Assembly (NCBI GenBank): GCA_965227775.1
Contig: OZ245777.1
Location: 2,112,001 to 2,176,000 of the forward strand
Origin: Phycisphaerales bacterium
GTDB lineage: Bacteria > Planctomycetota > Phycisphaerae > Phycisphaerales > UBA1924
DNA: 64,000 nucleotides
Reading direction: 5' to 3'
Shown here: piece after piece, positions 18,974 to 30,700 of the stretch
Layout of the letters: each line of letters begins with the position of its first letter
How positions within the stretch are numbered: the stretch's first letter is position 1
Translations under genes and position numbers: made by a program
Notes under the pieces: generated by a model
The model's database searches: none
Told to the model about the DNA's origin: nothing
The model's input: the letters and a program-made list of their open reading frames with translations, nothing else

Positions 18974-20920
18974 ATGGGTGTGTTTTGCACTGCGGTAGCC
19001 ACAGGCGTCTTGTCGGCCGCGTTCGTCGCGAGCGCTTCCGCGCAGGATCACGGTGCGGGGGCCAAGGACTGGCTCCGTCTGCACGCGGTGGAGCTTGAGC
19101 GCGTCACGCTGGTCCCCGACGACGATTTTGAGGACATGGCCGGTATCGCCGAGGCGATTGGGGATGCGCGGGTGGTCATGCTCGGCGAGCAGACCCACGG
19201 GGATGGGGCTGCCTTTCTCGCGAAGACCAGGCTCATCGCATACTTGCATGAGGAAATGGGCTTCGACGTGCTCTGCTTTGAGAGCGGCATGCTCGAGTGT
19301 GAACACGCCTGGGAGAGAATCCAGGCCGGGGATGATGTCCGCACGTCGATCGAGTCCGCCGTGTTTCCGATCTGGACTCAGAGCAAGCAGTTTGCGCCGC
19401 TGATCGACTACATCGATGTGAGGGCTCGCGCCGATCGGCCTCTGGAGGTCGCTGGGTACGACTGCCAGCTAACGGGAACTGCGTCGATGGAGTGGATCGG
19501 CGAGATCGACAAGACCCTGGATCTGTTCCCGGTCGCGGAACGCCCGAAGGGTCTGACAGAGCTGGTGGGGCGCGTCATCAGGCATGAGGAGCTAAAGCAC
19601 AGCGAGGATGCTGCTCAGCTTCTCGACGCGGCAAGGACGCTTGACAGGCTCGGCCGGGTAGAAGAAGTAGACGCCTTCGTGGTAGGGCGCGCGATTCAAC
19701 TCCTGGAGAGCCTCGCCGGCGCGATCAAGGCCCGCAAGCCCAGCGAGGACGGTACATGGATCGACGCGTTCAACGCGCGTGACGACGCGGGTGCGGACAA
19801 CCTCTATTGGCTCCTGACCAAGCGGTACACGGATCGGAAGGTGATTGTCTGGTGTGCGTCGATGCACATGCTGCGTGATCAAGGGTCCATCGACACTGAG
19901 TCGGTTGGCCTCGACTACACGGGCGTTCGCTCGATGGGGCACACGCTCGCGAGTATGCTCGGGGACGGGCAAGTCTTCAACATCGCGTGCACGACGTACG
20001 GCGGAGAAGCCGGGCTTCCTTGGAGAGAGGCATGGGCGATCCCGCCAGCGCCCGTGGGGTCGTTCGAGGCGATCTGTCAGGATGTTGGCTTGGGCGACGC
20101 GTTTGTTCCGCTGGGTGAGGCGTCCAAGGTCGAAGCATTCGCCAACACGTTTCTGGCTCGGCCCTTGGGCAACGCGATCATGCGTGCGGCCTGGCCTCAG
20201 CACACCGACGCGTTCTTCTTTCAGAGCGTCATGACGCCGAGCACCTCCAACGATCCGCTACCTTCTAAGCCGAAGGTCGATCCCGAGGTGCTTGCCAGCG
20301 CATTAGACATCATGGGCACGCTGCAGTCCGAGGCCAAGCGGTACCAGGAGCGGCACGCGTCGCAGAATGCCTGGGCGGACAAAGGCGACTTCAACCGCGA
20401 CTACGACCGCTGGCTCCGATACGCGGAGCCCGACGAATTCGCGATTCAAGAGATTCATGACGACATCCGCGCGTGGGCCAGGCCTCTGCTGGATGATCCT
20501 GCCATGGGCTGGCGCGCCCACCTGCTCCTCGCTCGTCTGGCCCGCGCCGAAGGCGACCTCGATGCGGCCATCCAAGAGCACGATCGAGCGATCAACGCAT
20601 ATGGCGTTCGTTCGCACGCGTACCCGAGCAAGCAAAGCGCGATGCAGCACATCATCAACCAGCGCGCGATGGCGACCTGGGACCGCGATGGGTTCGAAGC
20701 GGCTCTGCAATGGGTGGTCAAAAGGCTCGAGAGCGACCCGGGATTCCTGTACTTCCATCCGGCCCCATGGCGGAGCCGTCTCGACGGAGATGAGACACGT
20801 TCGGTTGCGCTCGCCGAAGCTGTTGTGGAGGCGTACACGCATCGCATCGAGGCCGAACCTCAGGCAGCCGAGCGATTGAATGAGTTGAGGGATGCATCGC
20901 TGGAGGCAATGCGAAGATAG
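18974..20920 (+). CDS. Secreted erythromycin esterase family protein with an extra C-terminal helical domain
   Basis: Signal peptide [53 protein letters not shown]. Confidence 0.85.
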   Translation: MGVFCTAVATGVLSAAFVASASAQDHGAGAKDWLRLHAVELERVTLVPDDDFEDMAGIAEAIGDARVVMLGEQTHGDGAAFLAKTRLIAYLHEEMGFDVLCFESGMLECEHAWERIQAGDDVRTSIESAVFPIWTQSKQFAPLIDYIDVRARADRPLEVAGYDCQLTGTASMEWIGEIDKTLDLFPVAERPKGLTELVGRVIRHEELKHSEDAAQLLDAARTLDRLGRVEEVDAFVVGRAIQLLESLAGAIKARKPSEDGTWIDAFNARDDAGADNLYWLLTKRYTDRKVIVWCASMHMLRDQGSIDTESVGLDYTGVRSMGHTLASMLGDGQVFNIACTTYGGEAGLPWREAWAIPPAPVGSFEAICQDVGLGDAFVPLGEASKVEAFANTFLARPLGNAIMRAAWPQHTDAFFFQSVMTPSTSNDPLPSKPKVDPEVLASALDIMGTLQSEAKRYQERHASQNAWADKGDFNRDYDRWLRYAEPDEFAIQEIHDDIRAWARPLLDDPAMGWRAHLLLARLARAEGDLDAAIQEHDRAINAYGVRSHAYPSKQSAMQHIINQRAMATWDRDGFEAALQWVVKRLESDPGFLYFHPAPWRSRLDGDETRSVALAEAVVEAYTHRIEAEPQAAERLNELRDASLEAMRR

Positions 20921-21073
20921 GGTCCGTTGGGATCTTCAGGCCACGCCGCTTAAGCATGGTTGTGCTACCGCGGTGCCACATGGTGGGCTCGAATAGTTGA
21001 GTTGATGGTGGGAGGCTAGTGACAAGCTGGTGAGTTCGACCCTCACAGGCTCACAAAGCCGCCCGCTCGCCGA

Positions 21074-21094
21074 AAGCGGAGAGGGGGGATTCGA
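21074..21094 (-). repeat. tRNA-Ser 3'-end fragment (att site copy 2, one C shorter)
   Basis: Minus strand TCGAATCCCCCCTCTCCGC; homology to 11006-11190 continues to about 21256. Confidence 0.8.
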
Positions 21095-21487
21095 GACGAG
21101 GGATCTGCAAATCGACCCTGAGGTATTCCAGACGCGGTATGTGCTTTCGCTCCCGGTAGTTACACGTTCCGGATGGTTGGCGGTAGTTTCTGATTCTTGG
21201 CGGTCTTGAGGCGCAGATGTGGAACTCATCTTGGAACTCAGGGCGAGGCGCAGTTGCCCTCCACGCAGCAATTTTCATTTGTTCTCGTTCGCCCGGCTTT
21301 CAACTCAGATTCCAAACGGTCACCGGGGTCTTGACCAATCGCTTCGCCACCGCATGGAATAGGAAATGGGTACCAGCGCAGACTCATGGCGGCAGATCCC
21401 ACGGGCGGCACCTAAAAGGGGTATAGGCCATTCAGAAGACGGAGACCCCTGTTTACCTGAGTCCATTGGGAACGGCAATAGCCAGTA

Positions 21488-21838
21488 CTACGAAACCTTA
21501 ACTGTTATGTTACGCGCGTCGCGTGGTACTGTATTGTAAATGTACTGCACGACGTCCTTGTCGCAGACAATGCAGCCGTCTGAGTGCTCCGGCTTTGATC
21601 CCTGATGGATGAAGATACCTGTCTTCCCAGTCTGGCTATCTGGCAGATAGACCGATTTGTACCCCTTGCTTGCCATGATCGTGGTTGAACACTCGGTGTA
21701 GTGCTTTGCATCGATCAGGTTTCCAGGATTCTCCCAGCACGTTGTCTCTCTCTTCTTTGATCCATCGATCAGGAATATGAGCGTACCCTCACACTTACTT
21801 GTATCAACGCGCTCGACTACGATTTCATAGGTGGGCAT
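21488..21838 (-). CDS. DUF5675-like / L,D-transpeptidase-fold small protein (possible peptidoglycan-acting enzyme)
   Basis: TGIFIHQGSKPEHSDGCIV (HxG...SxGC) motif, TCWENP; AT-richer than flanks; GAGG upstream. Confidence 0.7.
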   Translation of the reverse strand: MPTYEIVVERVDTSKCEGTLIFLIDGSKKRETTCWENPGNLIDAKHYTECSTTIMASKGYKSVYLPDSQTGKTGIFIHQGSKPEHSDGCIVCDKDVVQYIYNTVPRDARNITVKVS

Positions 21839-22476
21839 AAGGTCAGCCACTTCCTCTCGGTTCGCGTCCAATTTACTGTTGACCTCATTGCATCAGGCTC
21901 CGCTGCTCCGCAGCTTAGGTCCTTGCCTCTGTGTCGGCCTCGTCGATCCAAGCCCCGACGCTGGTTCGTTTGCGGGAGACACGAATCGCCGCGGCGATCT
22001 CAGACAGGAGAGGGTTCTCGATGAACTCGCCATCAACACCACCTTAGTGTCCCACGGAACACGTTTGCGAACAAGTTGCTTCAGTCTCCCCAGAAATCCA
22101 TGAGGTCAGAGATGGCCGCCGAGGCCAGAAACAGACTCCTGGCCCACCGCGGTGCCGAGCTAGGAGGGGGGCTGGCCGGACTTTGAACCAATGTCACTGT
22201 AATCACGGAGTTACAGGCACTACGCCCCCTTCAGTCGGAAGCGGCCGAGAGACTGTTCCACACTTCCGGGATCTTCCTCGTCAGCAGCCAGTGTGCTCGT
22301 CTACGCCGGCCTTAGGCAATGGGCCGGACACACTTGTTCTCGTTGCCATGATGCTGAACTGCGTGTGTTCGCTTCACTTCATCCCGCTGCCAATCTGGCG
22401 ATCGGCAGATCGTCTTCGGGACCGGGCCGAGAGTCTACTTCGCACGACCGGGCGCGGTCGTGCTCAAGCCCGTCGA

Positions 22477-25400
22477 TCACTCCGGAGCGGGGAAACCTGG
22501 GATAGGTCGGTTGTCGGAACGTCCCTTGACGATGACGCGAACGTCGGAGAATCGGAGGATCGGGGAGTTGTTCTCGTCGACCCACTGGAAGTCGAATGCG
22601 TACTCGGCGTGCTTGTCGGGGAACCAGTCGGCGCGTTCGAGGTCCCAGTCGGGTGCGCCGGCGTGCACGGGCGGGGCGACCGGGAACCGGGAGTCCCACT
22701 GCCCGCGGGTGACCTTGACGGGCTCGTCCGTCGAGAACCCGGGGTACTCGCCCATCATCTGGGTCCTGGCGACGTAGGCCCTGGTGATCGTGAGGGCGTG
22801 GTGCTCCCACGGTCGGCGGCCGACGGAGGGCGGGAGGAACTCGAGGTTGTCCTGACGCTCGATCAGCAGCTGGCTGATGAGCTCGCGGAGTGTGTAGGGA
22901 GCGTCGTCGAGTTCGACGGGCTCGACCTCGGTGAGGAGGCGTTCGATGTTGGGCCGGTGGAGCGAGCCGGGGTGCGACGGGTCGCTGACCTGCTCGAAGC
23001 GGGGGTCTAGCGCGAGCCCGGCGAGCGAGCGGCCGGGCTTGGTGTCGCTCTCGGGCGTGGTGTTCCGGGTCTGCAGGACGGCGATCGCGGAGCGTCGCCA
23101 GACTGGGGCTCGGGCGTTGATAACGAGGAGCAGGTTGCCGGGCGGCGGGGGGGCGGTGCCGGCGATGGCCTCGGGCACGAGCAGGGCGGCCTCGATGCCA
23201 GCATTGGGGGACGCTCCGGTGATGGTGAGACGGCCCGGGTTGGTGGGATCGAGACGGATCTCGGGCAGCCCTTCCGGGATCGCGTCGGTCGGCACCTTGG
23301 GGGGCTCGAGAAGGGAGGCGACTTCCGTGATGGTCCGCGGGGTGAGGATTCGCTGGAGGGAGAGGGCGGACAGCTCCTGGGGATCCTCCTTGTCGAGGAG
23401 TTCCTTGAGCACCTCGAAGGTGGGCGGGGAGAGGCGTGTGGGGTGGGCGGGCCACGGCTTCGGGCGCCAACCGTCGGCGTCGTCCTCGCCGTACACGCTG
23501 ACGCTCCAGGCGTCGTACTTGATCGACTCGATGTCGGCGCTCGGGGAGCCGTCGAGGCGCTCCTCGTCACCCGTGACGGCGAAGATCGCCGAGAGCACGA
23601 AGTCGTCGATCCGCTGGGTGGGGGCGAACCCGTCGGAGGCGGCGATCACGCGGGCAGCGGCGCCCTTCGGGTCGGCGATGTCGCCGCTGAGGAGTTCCTC
23701 GAGGTCAACGCGTTCTCCGGTGGTCAGCGGTGTGCGCGGCTGCCCGTGGTGGACGGGCTCCGTGAACCGCGCGATGTGGCCCGTGTGGATGTGCACGGGT
23801 TCGGCGACCGGCTCGCGGGCGGCGAGGCGGACGAAGTTCTCGTCCGTGCCGGCTGGCGTGACGATCGACTCGACCTCGATATCGCCTTCGCCCGGCGGGT
23901 TGGGCTCTCCGGTCCGGATCTGGTCCATGACGGTTTCGAAGGAGAACGCGCGCGGGAGCTCGGGGATCTGGAAATCGTTGTCGTACCGGGTGTCGTCGAG
24001 CACCTCGATGAACGTGCTGGGCTCGTTGGAGCCGTCCTTGAGAACCTCGCGGAAGCCGAGCTCGTCGGATTCGGTGAAGAGGGCGGGCTCGGTGGAGGTG
24101 GCGGGGCGGATGAGCTTGGTGGTCTCGAACCGGAAGAACATCCGGGGGAGGTCGAGGGGGGCGACGCCGCTGAACTCCGTGACGAGGAAGGACTTCGCGT
24201 CGGCGAAGAGCGTGAGGTCGGCACGGAGCAGCGCGGCGACGCGGGAGGAGACGGCGCGCCAGAGCGGGCCGCCCGTGCCCTCGTGGGCGGGGGCGCGGAG
24301 TCTGGCGGCGAGCTTCTTGGCGGCGGGGGCGACGGAGCTGTGTTCGCGGGCGTCGGGCGCGGCGCGGAGGAGTGCGATCATGCGTTCGACGAGGGTGTCC
24401 AGGGCCGGAGCCAAGGCGTCGACTCGGGCGGTGTGAGCCCGCCACCGGTCGAGCCCGAAGCGTCCGGGGGAGACGCCGGGTGGGGGGTTCTCGCCAGGGT
24501 CCTGGGCGGCCGCGGGGTCCGACCAGGCGGCGATCTCTCCGCGTTTGGCGACGTCGAGCGTGCGCACGAATCGCTTGGCGATGGTAAAGACACCCGGTCC
24601 CAGGGGGCCCCTGGGGGTGATGGGGAGGAATGTGACCGGGCAGACGACCGCGGAAGTCCTGCGGTTCTCCGGCGTGGCCGCGCGTTCGGGAATGATCCAG
24701 CCCTCGGCGGAGTCGGCGCCCCCGGAGCCGATTACCCTGGCGACCCGCTCGACGTGGTTGGGGTGGGCGTCCGCGTCGGGTGCGAGGGTGACCGCGGAGG
24801 TCCGGAGCTCGTCGATCCACTCGGCGAGCTCCGTGTTGAATCCTCTGACATCGACCGTGGGGTCGAGGGAGATGTCGGGGGAGAAGACCGGATCGGGCCC
24901 GCCCTCCGGATCTTCGACGAGGGGGACCGGGACGGGCCGGACCGCTTGCCATTCGTCCGCCTTCTCCCGTGGCGGCACGGCCCGTTCGGGGCGGTGGATC
25001 TCGAGGCTGAACTCGACCAGGTTGGCGAGGTCGCCGAGACGGCTGGCGTCGGGTGTGGGCAGGTCGATCGGGTCAAAGGCGAAGACGGGGTCGGTCGGCG
25101 GGCTGTCCATCCATGCCCGGGCGGTACGCCCGACGGTCTCGGTGACGTCCCACGCGGGCCGTGCGGCGTAGACGTCGGCGAGGTACTCGGCGAGTAGGGT
25201 GTCGGTGGCGACCGGTGCGTTCGCTCCCATCTTCGCGAGCCGGTCGAAGCGCACCGCGCGGGCGCGGAGGATGACGCGCTGGGCGTTGGCGAGCTCGGCG
25301 ATCGACCGCCAGGCGGCGACACGCCTGCCGGCCTCGTCGACGCCCTTGTCGTCGGGTGTGGGCTCGGGGGCGCTGGCGAGCCAGCCCGTCCGGCATCGGA

Positions 25401-27684
25401 TGTGGGCGCGGTCGACGCCTTCGGCGGGCTCTTCGAGGCGAACGGTGAGGAAGTATTCGCGTTCGGGCGGGGCGTTCTCGGGGGTGGTGGTGACCGAGAC
25501 AGCGGCGGGGTTCTGGGGCGGGAAGTCCGCCCACGTGGGGGTGGCGAGCTCGGTGTCGGCCTCGGGGCGCAGGCGAACGCCGTAGGTGTGCTCGACGTTC
25601 CAGTCGAGCCGGCGAGGCCGTCCGAGGTTGGCATAGACGTCCCTGAAGAATCCGGGGGCGTCCTCGAGGCTCGCGCCGGGGGCGTCAGGCTGGAGGTTGG
25701 GGATCTCGTAGTTGACCCGCCACTCGTGCGCGCGTGGCTCGCCCTCTCCGCCGGTTGCCCGGAGCGGGAGCAGTTCCTGCCACGGGTTGAGGTGCTCGCG
25801 AGCCCCCGCGCCCCAGGTGTGGAAGACGTTGAGCTTGTTATGGTTGATCAGATCGTCGAGGTACTCGTCCGCGGCGCGGACGGAGTCGGGGTCGTTCGGG
25901 TCGGCGTGCGGTGCCGGCGGGTACTTCACCTCGAGCACCCCTTCGACGCTCCTGGACGAGTTGGCGAGGCGGAAGTGGTGCCCGTCCCTGGTCGAGATGG
26001 TTGGCACCAGGGCGAGGCGCCAGTCGTCGGCGCCGTCCGGTGTCGACGCGCACCGGAGCACGTCGAACTCGACGGCCTCGGAGCCGACGGGAAAGTCATG
26101 GCGTTCGAGCACCCACCGCGGGCCGTCGCTGTCGTCGGTGCCACGGGCCGAGGTGAGCAGGCGCGTCTCGCGGTCGATGAGCAGGGTAACGCCGCCCCCG
26201 TTCGCGCCGAGGTCGGCTTTGCCGTAGAAGAGGTAGCCCCGTCCCGGGGCGGGTTGCGGGCCGACGTACTCGATCGCGTCCATCGGCTTGCCACCGGCGT
26301 CGTAGATCTTGACCGTGTTGGGCCAGGTCGGGGGCCCCCCCTGCTGCGCGCGCGAGACCTCCGCGTCGATCTTCGCGCGTTCGGCGTCGATCGGCGCGAC
26401 CACGAGCAGTCGCGGAGCGTCCGTCGCGGAGTCGGGTGCGATCGCGGGCTTGAGGGAGGCCTCGACGGAGTCGAACAGTTTCCATTCGATGTGCTCCGGG
26501 ATCCCGCCGGCAGCGTCCTCGGGCGTTTCGGGGTAGACGACGAGCTTGCGAAGGTCGCCCAGCCTGAGGCCCTTGGGGCTCCAGTCGCTCTGTGCGCCGG
26601 GTTGGTCGCTCTCGCCGTCGGGATTCTGTTCCGTGGCGTTCCTCTTGCCCAGGTCCATGCTGGCGATCCGACGTTCCCGTCTTCTCCGGTAGTAAACGGC
26701 GCCGTCGGCGTCGAAAGCGGCCTCGACGAAGGGGATCGGGTCGTCCTCGACGTAGACGCGATCGTTGAGCGTCGGTTGCCTGCTCCACTCGGCCCGGAGC
26801 GGGGCGGGCGTGATGGCGTCGAGCCCGGAGAAGTACGACCTGACCGCCCGACGCGACGCGTCGTCGGCGGGTTCCAGCACCTGGACCCCGTCCGGGGACT
26901 GGATCGTTACGCGGAACCGTTCGACCTGGTCGAGCAATCCGATCTGGGCCCTGGTCGCGACCCGGGCCATCAGCCCGCACAGGCTCTGCAGGTTGGTCAC
27001 GGTGACCGGCGTCTGCTCGCCCTCACTCTCCCGGAGTTCGGCCCGATCGAGCGACATCAGGAAGGCCTCGGAGCCCTCGCCCGGTCGAAGAGACTGGGCG
27101 TCGAACCGTCGGGTGACCCCGCCCCAGAACCCGAGGACCAGGGAGTCGGCGAGGCGGCCCGCGGCCGCTCGGAGCGAATCCGGGGTCGGGTCGTCGCCGA
27201 CGGTGGCGTCCCACTGTTCCGCGAGGGACACGTTGTAGCTCGTGGCGAACGCGCCGGTCGGGGCGGGGGCGGGCTCCGGGAGTCCCTTCTGGCCGGGCCG
27301 TTGCGGTCGGGGCGGCCCGGCGTTCTGCTCCCGGAACCTGGACGGGTCGAGGACCTCGTTGGCGGTCGTGCGGGGCACGCTCACCTTATCGAGCCCGTCG
27401 ATCGGGGACCCGGAGGCGTCGAGCAGCTCGATGCGGACATCTGTCAGCGACGGGAGGTTGACCGGGACGAGCCGCTCGGGAGTGGAGGAGCCGGGTCGGC
27501 GGTCGACGAGGACGCACTCGGGCGTTGCGCCCTGTCGGAGTGCGTCGACCCAGTCGCCCATGGTGGAGCCGGCGTCGGGGCGGTCGGCGCGCTCGATGTG
27601 CGGTTGGTAGCACATCCAGAGCTCGCCCTTCTGGTCGTCGTCCCAGTGGCGTAGGTAGAAATCGATGGTGAAGTGGACCTTCAT
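22477..27684 (-). CDS. Giant hypothetical protein (1735 aa), Pro/Asp/Glu-rich, no recognisable domain
   Basis: 5.2-kb uninterrupted ORF with strong GC3 bias; GGAG upstream; 18 nt after the previous gene. Confidence 0.88.
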   Translation of the reverse strand: MKVHFTIDFYLRHWDDDQKGELWMCYQPHIERADRPDAGSTMGDWVDALRQGATPECVLVDRRPGSSTPERLVPVNLPSLTDVRIELLDASGSPIDGLDKVSVPRTTANEVLDPSRFREQNAGPPRPQRPGQKGLPEPAPAPTGAFATSYNVSLAEQWDATVGDDPTPDSLRAAAGRLADSLVLGFWGGVTRRFDAQSLRPGEGSEAFLMSLDRAELRESEGEQTPVTVTNLQSLCGLMARVATRAQIGLLDQVERFRVTIQSPDGVQVLEPADDASRRAVRSYFSGLDAITPAPLRAEWSRQPTLNDRVYVEDDPIPFVEAAFDADGAVYYRRRRERRIASMDLGKRNATEQNPDGESDQPGAQSDWSPKGLRLGDLRKLVVYPETPEDAAGGIPEHIEWKLFDSVEASLKPAIAPDSATDAPRLLVVAPIDAERAKIDAEVSRAQQGGPPTWPNTVKIYDAGGKPMDAIEYVGPQPAPGRGYLFYGKADLGANGGGVTLLIDRETRLLTSARGTDDSDGPRWVLERHDFPVGSEAVEFDVLRCASTPDGADDWRLALVPTISTRDGHHFRLANSSRSVEGVLEVKYPPAPHADPNDPDSVRAADEYLDDLINHNKLNVFHTWGAGAREHLNPWQELLPLRATGGEGEPRAHEWRVNYEIPNLQPDAPGASLEDAPGFFRDVYANLGRPRRLDWNVEHTYGVRLRPEADTELATPTWADFPPQNPAAVSVTTTPENAPPEREYFLTVRLEEPAEGVDRAHIRCRTGWLASAPEPTPDDKGVDEAGRRVAAWRSIAELANAQRVILRARAVRFDRLAKMGANAPVATDTLLAEYLADVYAARPAWDVTETVGRTARAWMDSPPTDPVFAFDPIDLPTPDASRLGDLANLVEFSLEIHRPERAVPPREKADEWQAVRPVPVPLVEDPEGGPDPVFSPDISLDPTVDVRGFNTELAEWIDELRTSAVTLAPDADAHPNHVERVARVIGSGGADSAEGWIIPERAATPENRRTSAVVCPVTFLPITPRGPLGPGVFTIAKRFVRTLDVAKRGEIAAWSDPAAAQDPGENPPPGVSPGRFGLDRWRAHTARVDALAPALDTLVERMIALLRAAPDAREHSSVAPAAKKLAARLRAPAHEGTGGPLWRAVSSRVAALLRADLTLFADAKSFLVTEFSGVAPLDLPRMFFRFETTKLIRPATSTEPALFTESDELGFREVLKDGSNEPSTFIEVLDDTRYDNDFQIPELPRAFSFETVMDQIRTGEPNPPGEGDIEVESIVTPAGTDENFVRLAAREPVAEPVHIHTGHIARFTEPVHHGQPRTPLTTGERVDLEELLSGDIADPKGAAARVIAASDGFAPTQRIDDFVLSAIFAVTGDEERLDGSPSADIESIKYDAWSVSVYGEDDADGWRPKPWPAHPTRLSPPTFEVLKELLDKEDPQELSALSLQRILTPRTITEVASLLEPPKVPTDAIPEGLPEIRLDPTNPGRLTITGASPNAGIEAALLVPEAIAGTAPPPPGNLLLVINARAPVWRRSAIAVLQTRNTTPESDTKPGRSLAGLALDPRFEQVSDPSHPGSLHRPNIERLLTEVEPVELDDAPYTLRELISQLLIERQDNLEFLPPSVGRRPWEHHALTITRAYVARTQMMGEYPGFSTDEPVKVTRGQWDSRFPVAPPVHAGAPDWDLERADWFPDKHAEYAFDFQWVDENNSPILRFSDVRVIVKGRSDNRPIPGFPAPE

Positions 27685-27702
27685 CCGGTGGCACTCCGGT
27701 GC

Positions 27703-30700
27703 TCAGAGGGGAAGCTCGTAGCGGACGCGCATGGGGATGCGCACGGAAATGGACTTGCAGAGCTTGAACCAGCCCTTGCCGATGCAGGCGCGGGCGCTGG
27801 CGCTGGCCCAGAGCTCGAAGTCGAGTCGGAGCAGGGCCGGGTCGGGCCCGTCCTCGACCCGGTGGGACCCGCCCGGGAGGGTGCGGACCTGCTTGCCCCA
27901 GAGGACGGTGACGCGGGCCTCGGCGGAGATCATGATCTCGACGCGTACCGAGATGATCCACCAGTTGAGCTCTCCCCCGCCGCGTGCGATCACGCCGACG
28001 GCGCCGACGATGCGGAAGCCGGCGACCTCGCCGAGGCCCGAGTCGCCGTGTCGTCTTTGGAAGACGAAGTCGCCCTCGAGGATGGCGTAAACACCGATGG
28101 AGACCCAGGCGCTGAAGACGCCGTTGCCGAAGGCGGCGCCCAGCCCCACCTGGAGGGCGTACCCGCCGGCGAGCTGGAGGTACTTGCCCTGCTCGAGCTC
28201 CCGCGTCAGGGTGCGTTTGCGGATGTACATCCCGGCAACACCCTGGAAGGGCGTGGCGATGGCGCCGAAGGAGCGGTCCCAGCGGCGCGGCCGGTTGCTC
28301 GGGAGCCAGGGGAAGCCGACGTCGAGGGTGAACCCACCGTTCATCATGATCTCGATGGAGATCACGCCGCCCATGAAGCGGACGGCGGGGAGCGTGACGG
28401 CGGGGACGCGGACGGAGACGTACCAAGCGTCTTCGTCGGGAACGCGCCCCTTGGCGTAGAGGACGGAGATCGCGATGTCGAGGCCGAACCACTCCTTGAG
28501 GAAGCCGTCTCGGAGGAGCAGGCCGTAGTAGCGGCGGTCCTGGAAAAGGAACTTGCCGACGAACATTCCGAAGAGGTCGAAGCCGGCGGCGAAGGTCCAC
28601 GATCCGATGCCGTCACCGGGGGAGGGGATGAGCTCGTGTTTGTCGATGGCCTCCGCGAGGCGGTCCTTGACCGTGCCCTGATCTTCGGGGGCGTCGATGG
28701 CAACGACCTCGCGGGCAAGGTCCTCCGGGAGCGAGACGTTGTAGCCGATGAGCACCCAGTGGATCGCGAGGCTGGAGTCGGTCTTGGGGAGCGGGAGGTA
28801 GGCGAGGAAGCCCTTCTCGCCGTCCTCGGTGGAGAAGAAGTCGATCCTGAGGTCGTTGAGGAGCGTCTTTCCGAGGATGGCGAGCTCGACGTCCTTCATG
28901 CGGAGCCAGGTCGTCTTCCGCCTGTTGACGGTGACGTCTTCGAGCTCAGCGTGCTCGATCTTGAGCGTCAGGAAACGCATCAGGTCGAGGGAGAGCCCCT
29001 TCATGGAGAAGCCGCGCAGGCCGAGTGTGAGCCGGTCGGGCGACCATCCGCCGTCGTCGAGTCCGAGCCCGACAAAGAGGTCGATGATGAGCCGGTCGAC
29101 GCTGATGATGGCCAACTCGGGCAGCTTCATCAGCCCGAGCCGGAACTCAAGGAAGGTGCCGGAGCTGGAGGGTGTCGGGGTCGACTTGCTCATGAGGGTG
29201 ATGGCGCTGAGCGATTCGAGCCATCGGCCAAAGTCGGGTCCGTCCGGCCAGCTGACGCCGATGGAGCGGAGGCCCATCTCAAACATGCCGATGCGGAAGG
29301 ACCGCTCCTTGAGCTTGAAGCGGAAGCTCGGGTAGTTGATGGAGACGGGCCAAGGGAGGTCCCGGTCGCCTGAGCCGGGTCGTTCGAGGAGGACCTGGAG
29401 GGCATCGAAGCGGATGGACTCGACGCCTAGCCCGAAGGCGTCGAATTCCTGGAGCTGGATGTTGCCGTCGAGATCGATCACCGTGCGGGTCTGGCCGGTG
29501 TCCCCGTCCCGGGTCGCGACCTTCTCCCGGCGGAGCTCAGCGCGACGGAGTGAGAGTTGCTTGATCGGGCCGAATCCTGTCGCCGGGAGGAGCTCCAGTT
29601 CGCGGTCGAGCTCGCCGATGAACCTGACTTTGTCGGACTCGCGGTCGAGGGAGCCCTTGATCTTGAGAACGCGCTGGTCGTTGGGGTCGTGGTGCAGCCC
29701 GAGCGCGCTTCGGAACTCGGCCTTCGCGTCCACGTCGAACAGCGTGAGTCGGGAGTTGCGCCAGCGGACGTCGATTCGTTCGACCTGGAAACCGACCTCG
29801 TCTCGTTCGGTGCCGGTGTCGGGGTCGTACCCGACGCCCGCCTTGGGGTTGTACCACAGGGCGCGGCCGGTAAAGTTCGGGTCGGTGCCGTCGTCGCCTT
29901 CCGGGGGCGGAGTGACGGCCAGGTAGGTCAGGCGGAGTTTGTCGGGCGCGATCGACTCGAAGACCTCGAAGGCCTCGATATCAAGATCGAGCTGGAAGAG
30001 GATGAGACCGACCCAGCCGGGCTCGAGGATGTCGGGGTCGACAGTCTTGCGGACGCGCGCCAGCTCGTCCTTGGTGAAGCCGCACTCTTTCTCCAGGATG
30101 TGGAGGAGCGAGACAGAACGGCTCAGTTTGATGACGCCGCGGGGCGTCTTCTTGGGGAGGTCCTGGTCGGTCTGCGGGGGGACGGGGTTCTCGCTGGGGG
30201 GGCCGCTGGTGCGGATCGCGTGGGCGCCGCCCTTGCTCTGACCCGTGGCGTCGAGGAACTGGCCGAAGGGGTTGGGGAACGCGCTGCCGCCGCCGTGCTT
30301 GATGACGAAGTAGTCGGTGGGGGCGTCGGGGTGGACGTGGAACTCGACTCCGATGGTGCCGAAGAGTCGCCTAACCCGGTGGAGGGAGGTGCTGATGTGG
30401 TCGGCGTTCTCGCGTGGCACGAAGACGCGGCTGGGCTTGACCCTGCGGTCGGCCGACGCCGGGGCCTCTTTCATAAAGGTCTCGTGGTCGGCCTTCTGGA
30501 GGTCGTAGGTCATGTCCGCGAGGGTGGAGTCGAGCTTCTTCTTGAACTCGTCGCGGATTGTTCCCTGGTTGAGAGCGAAGGCCTTGTCGGAGAGCAGGGG
30601 GATGTGTTCGCCTGCTTGGGAGCCGAACATGTACGTGCTGAGCCGGCGGGGCGTCTGGGGGTTGTCCGTGGAGAGGGCGTAGGAACGCCCGGGTCGGGCG

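Larger units (their letters stand above)
11006..21094. mobile_element. Genomic island 1, bounded by tRNA-Ser 3' direct repeats; no integrase seen
   Basis: Direct repeat AAGCGGAGAG(G)nATTCGA at 11006 and 21074; accessory gene content; patchy composition. Confidence 0.7.
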
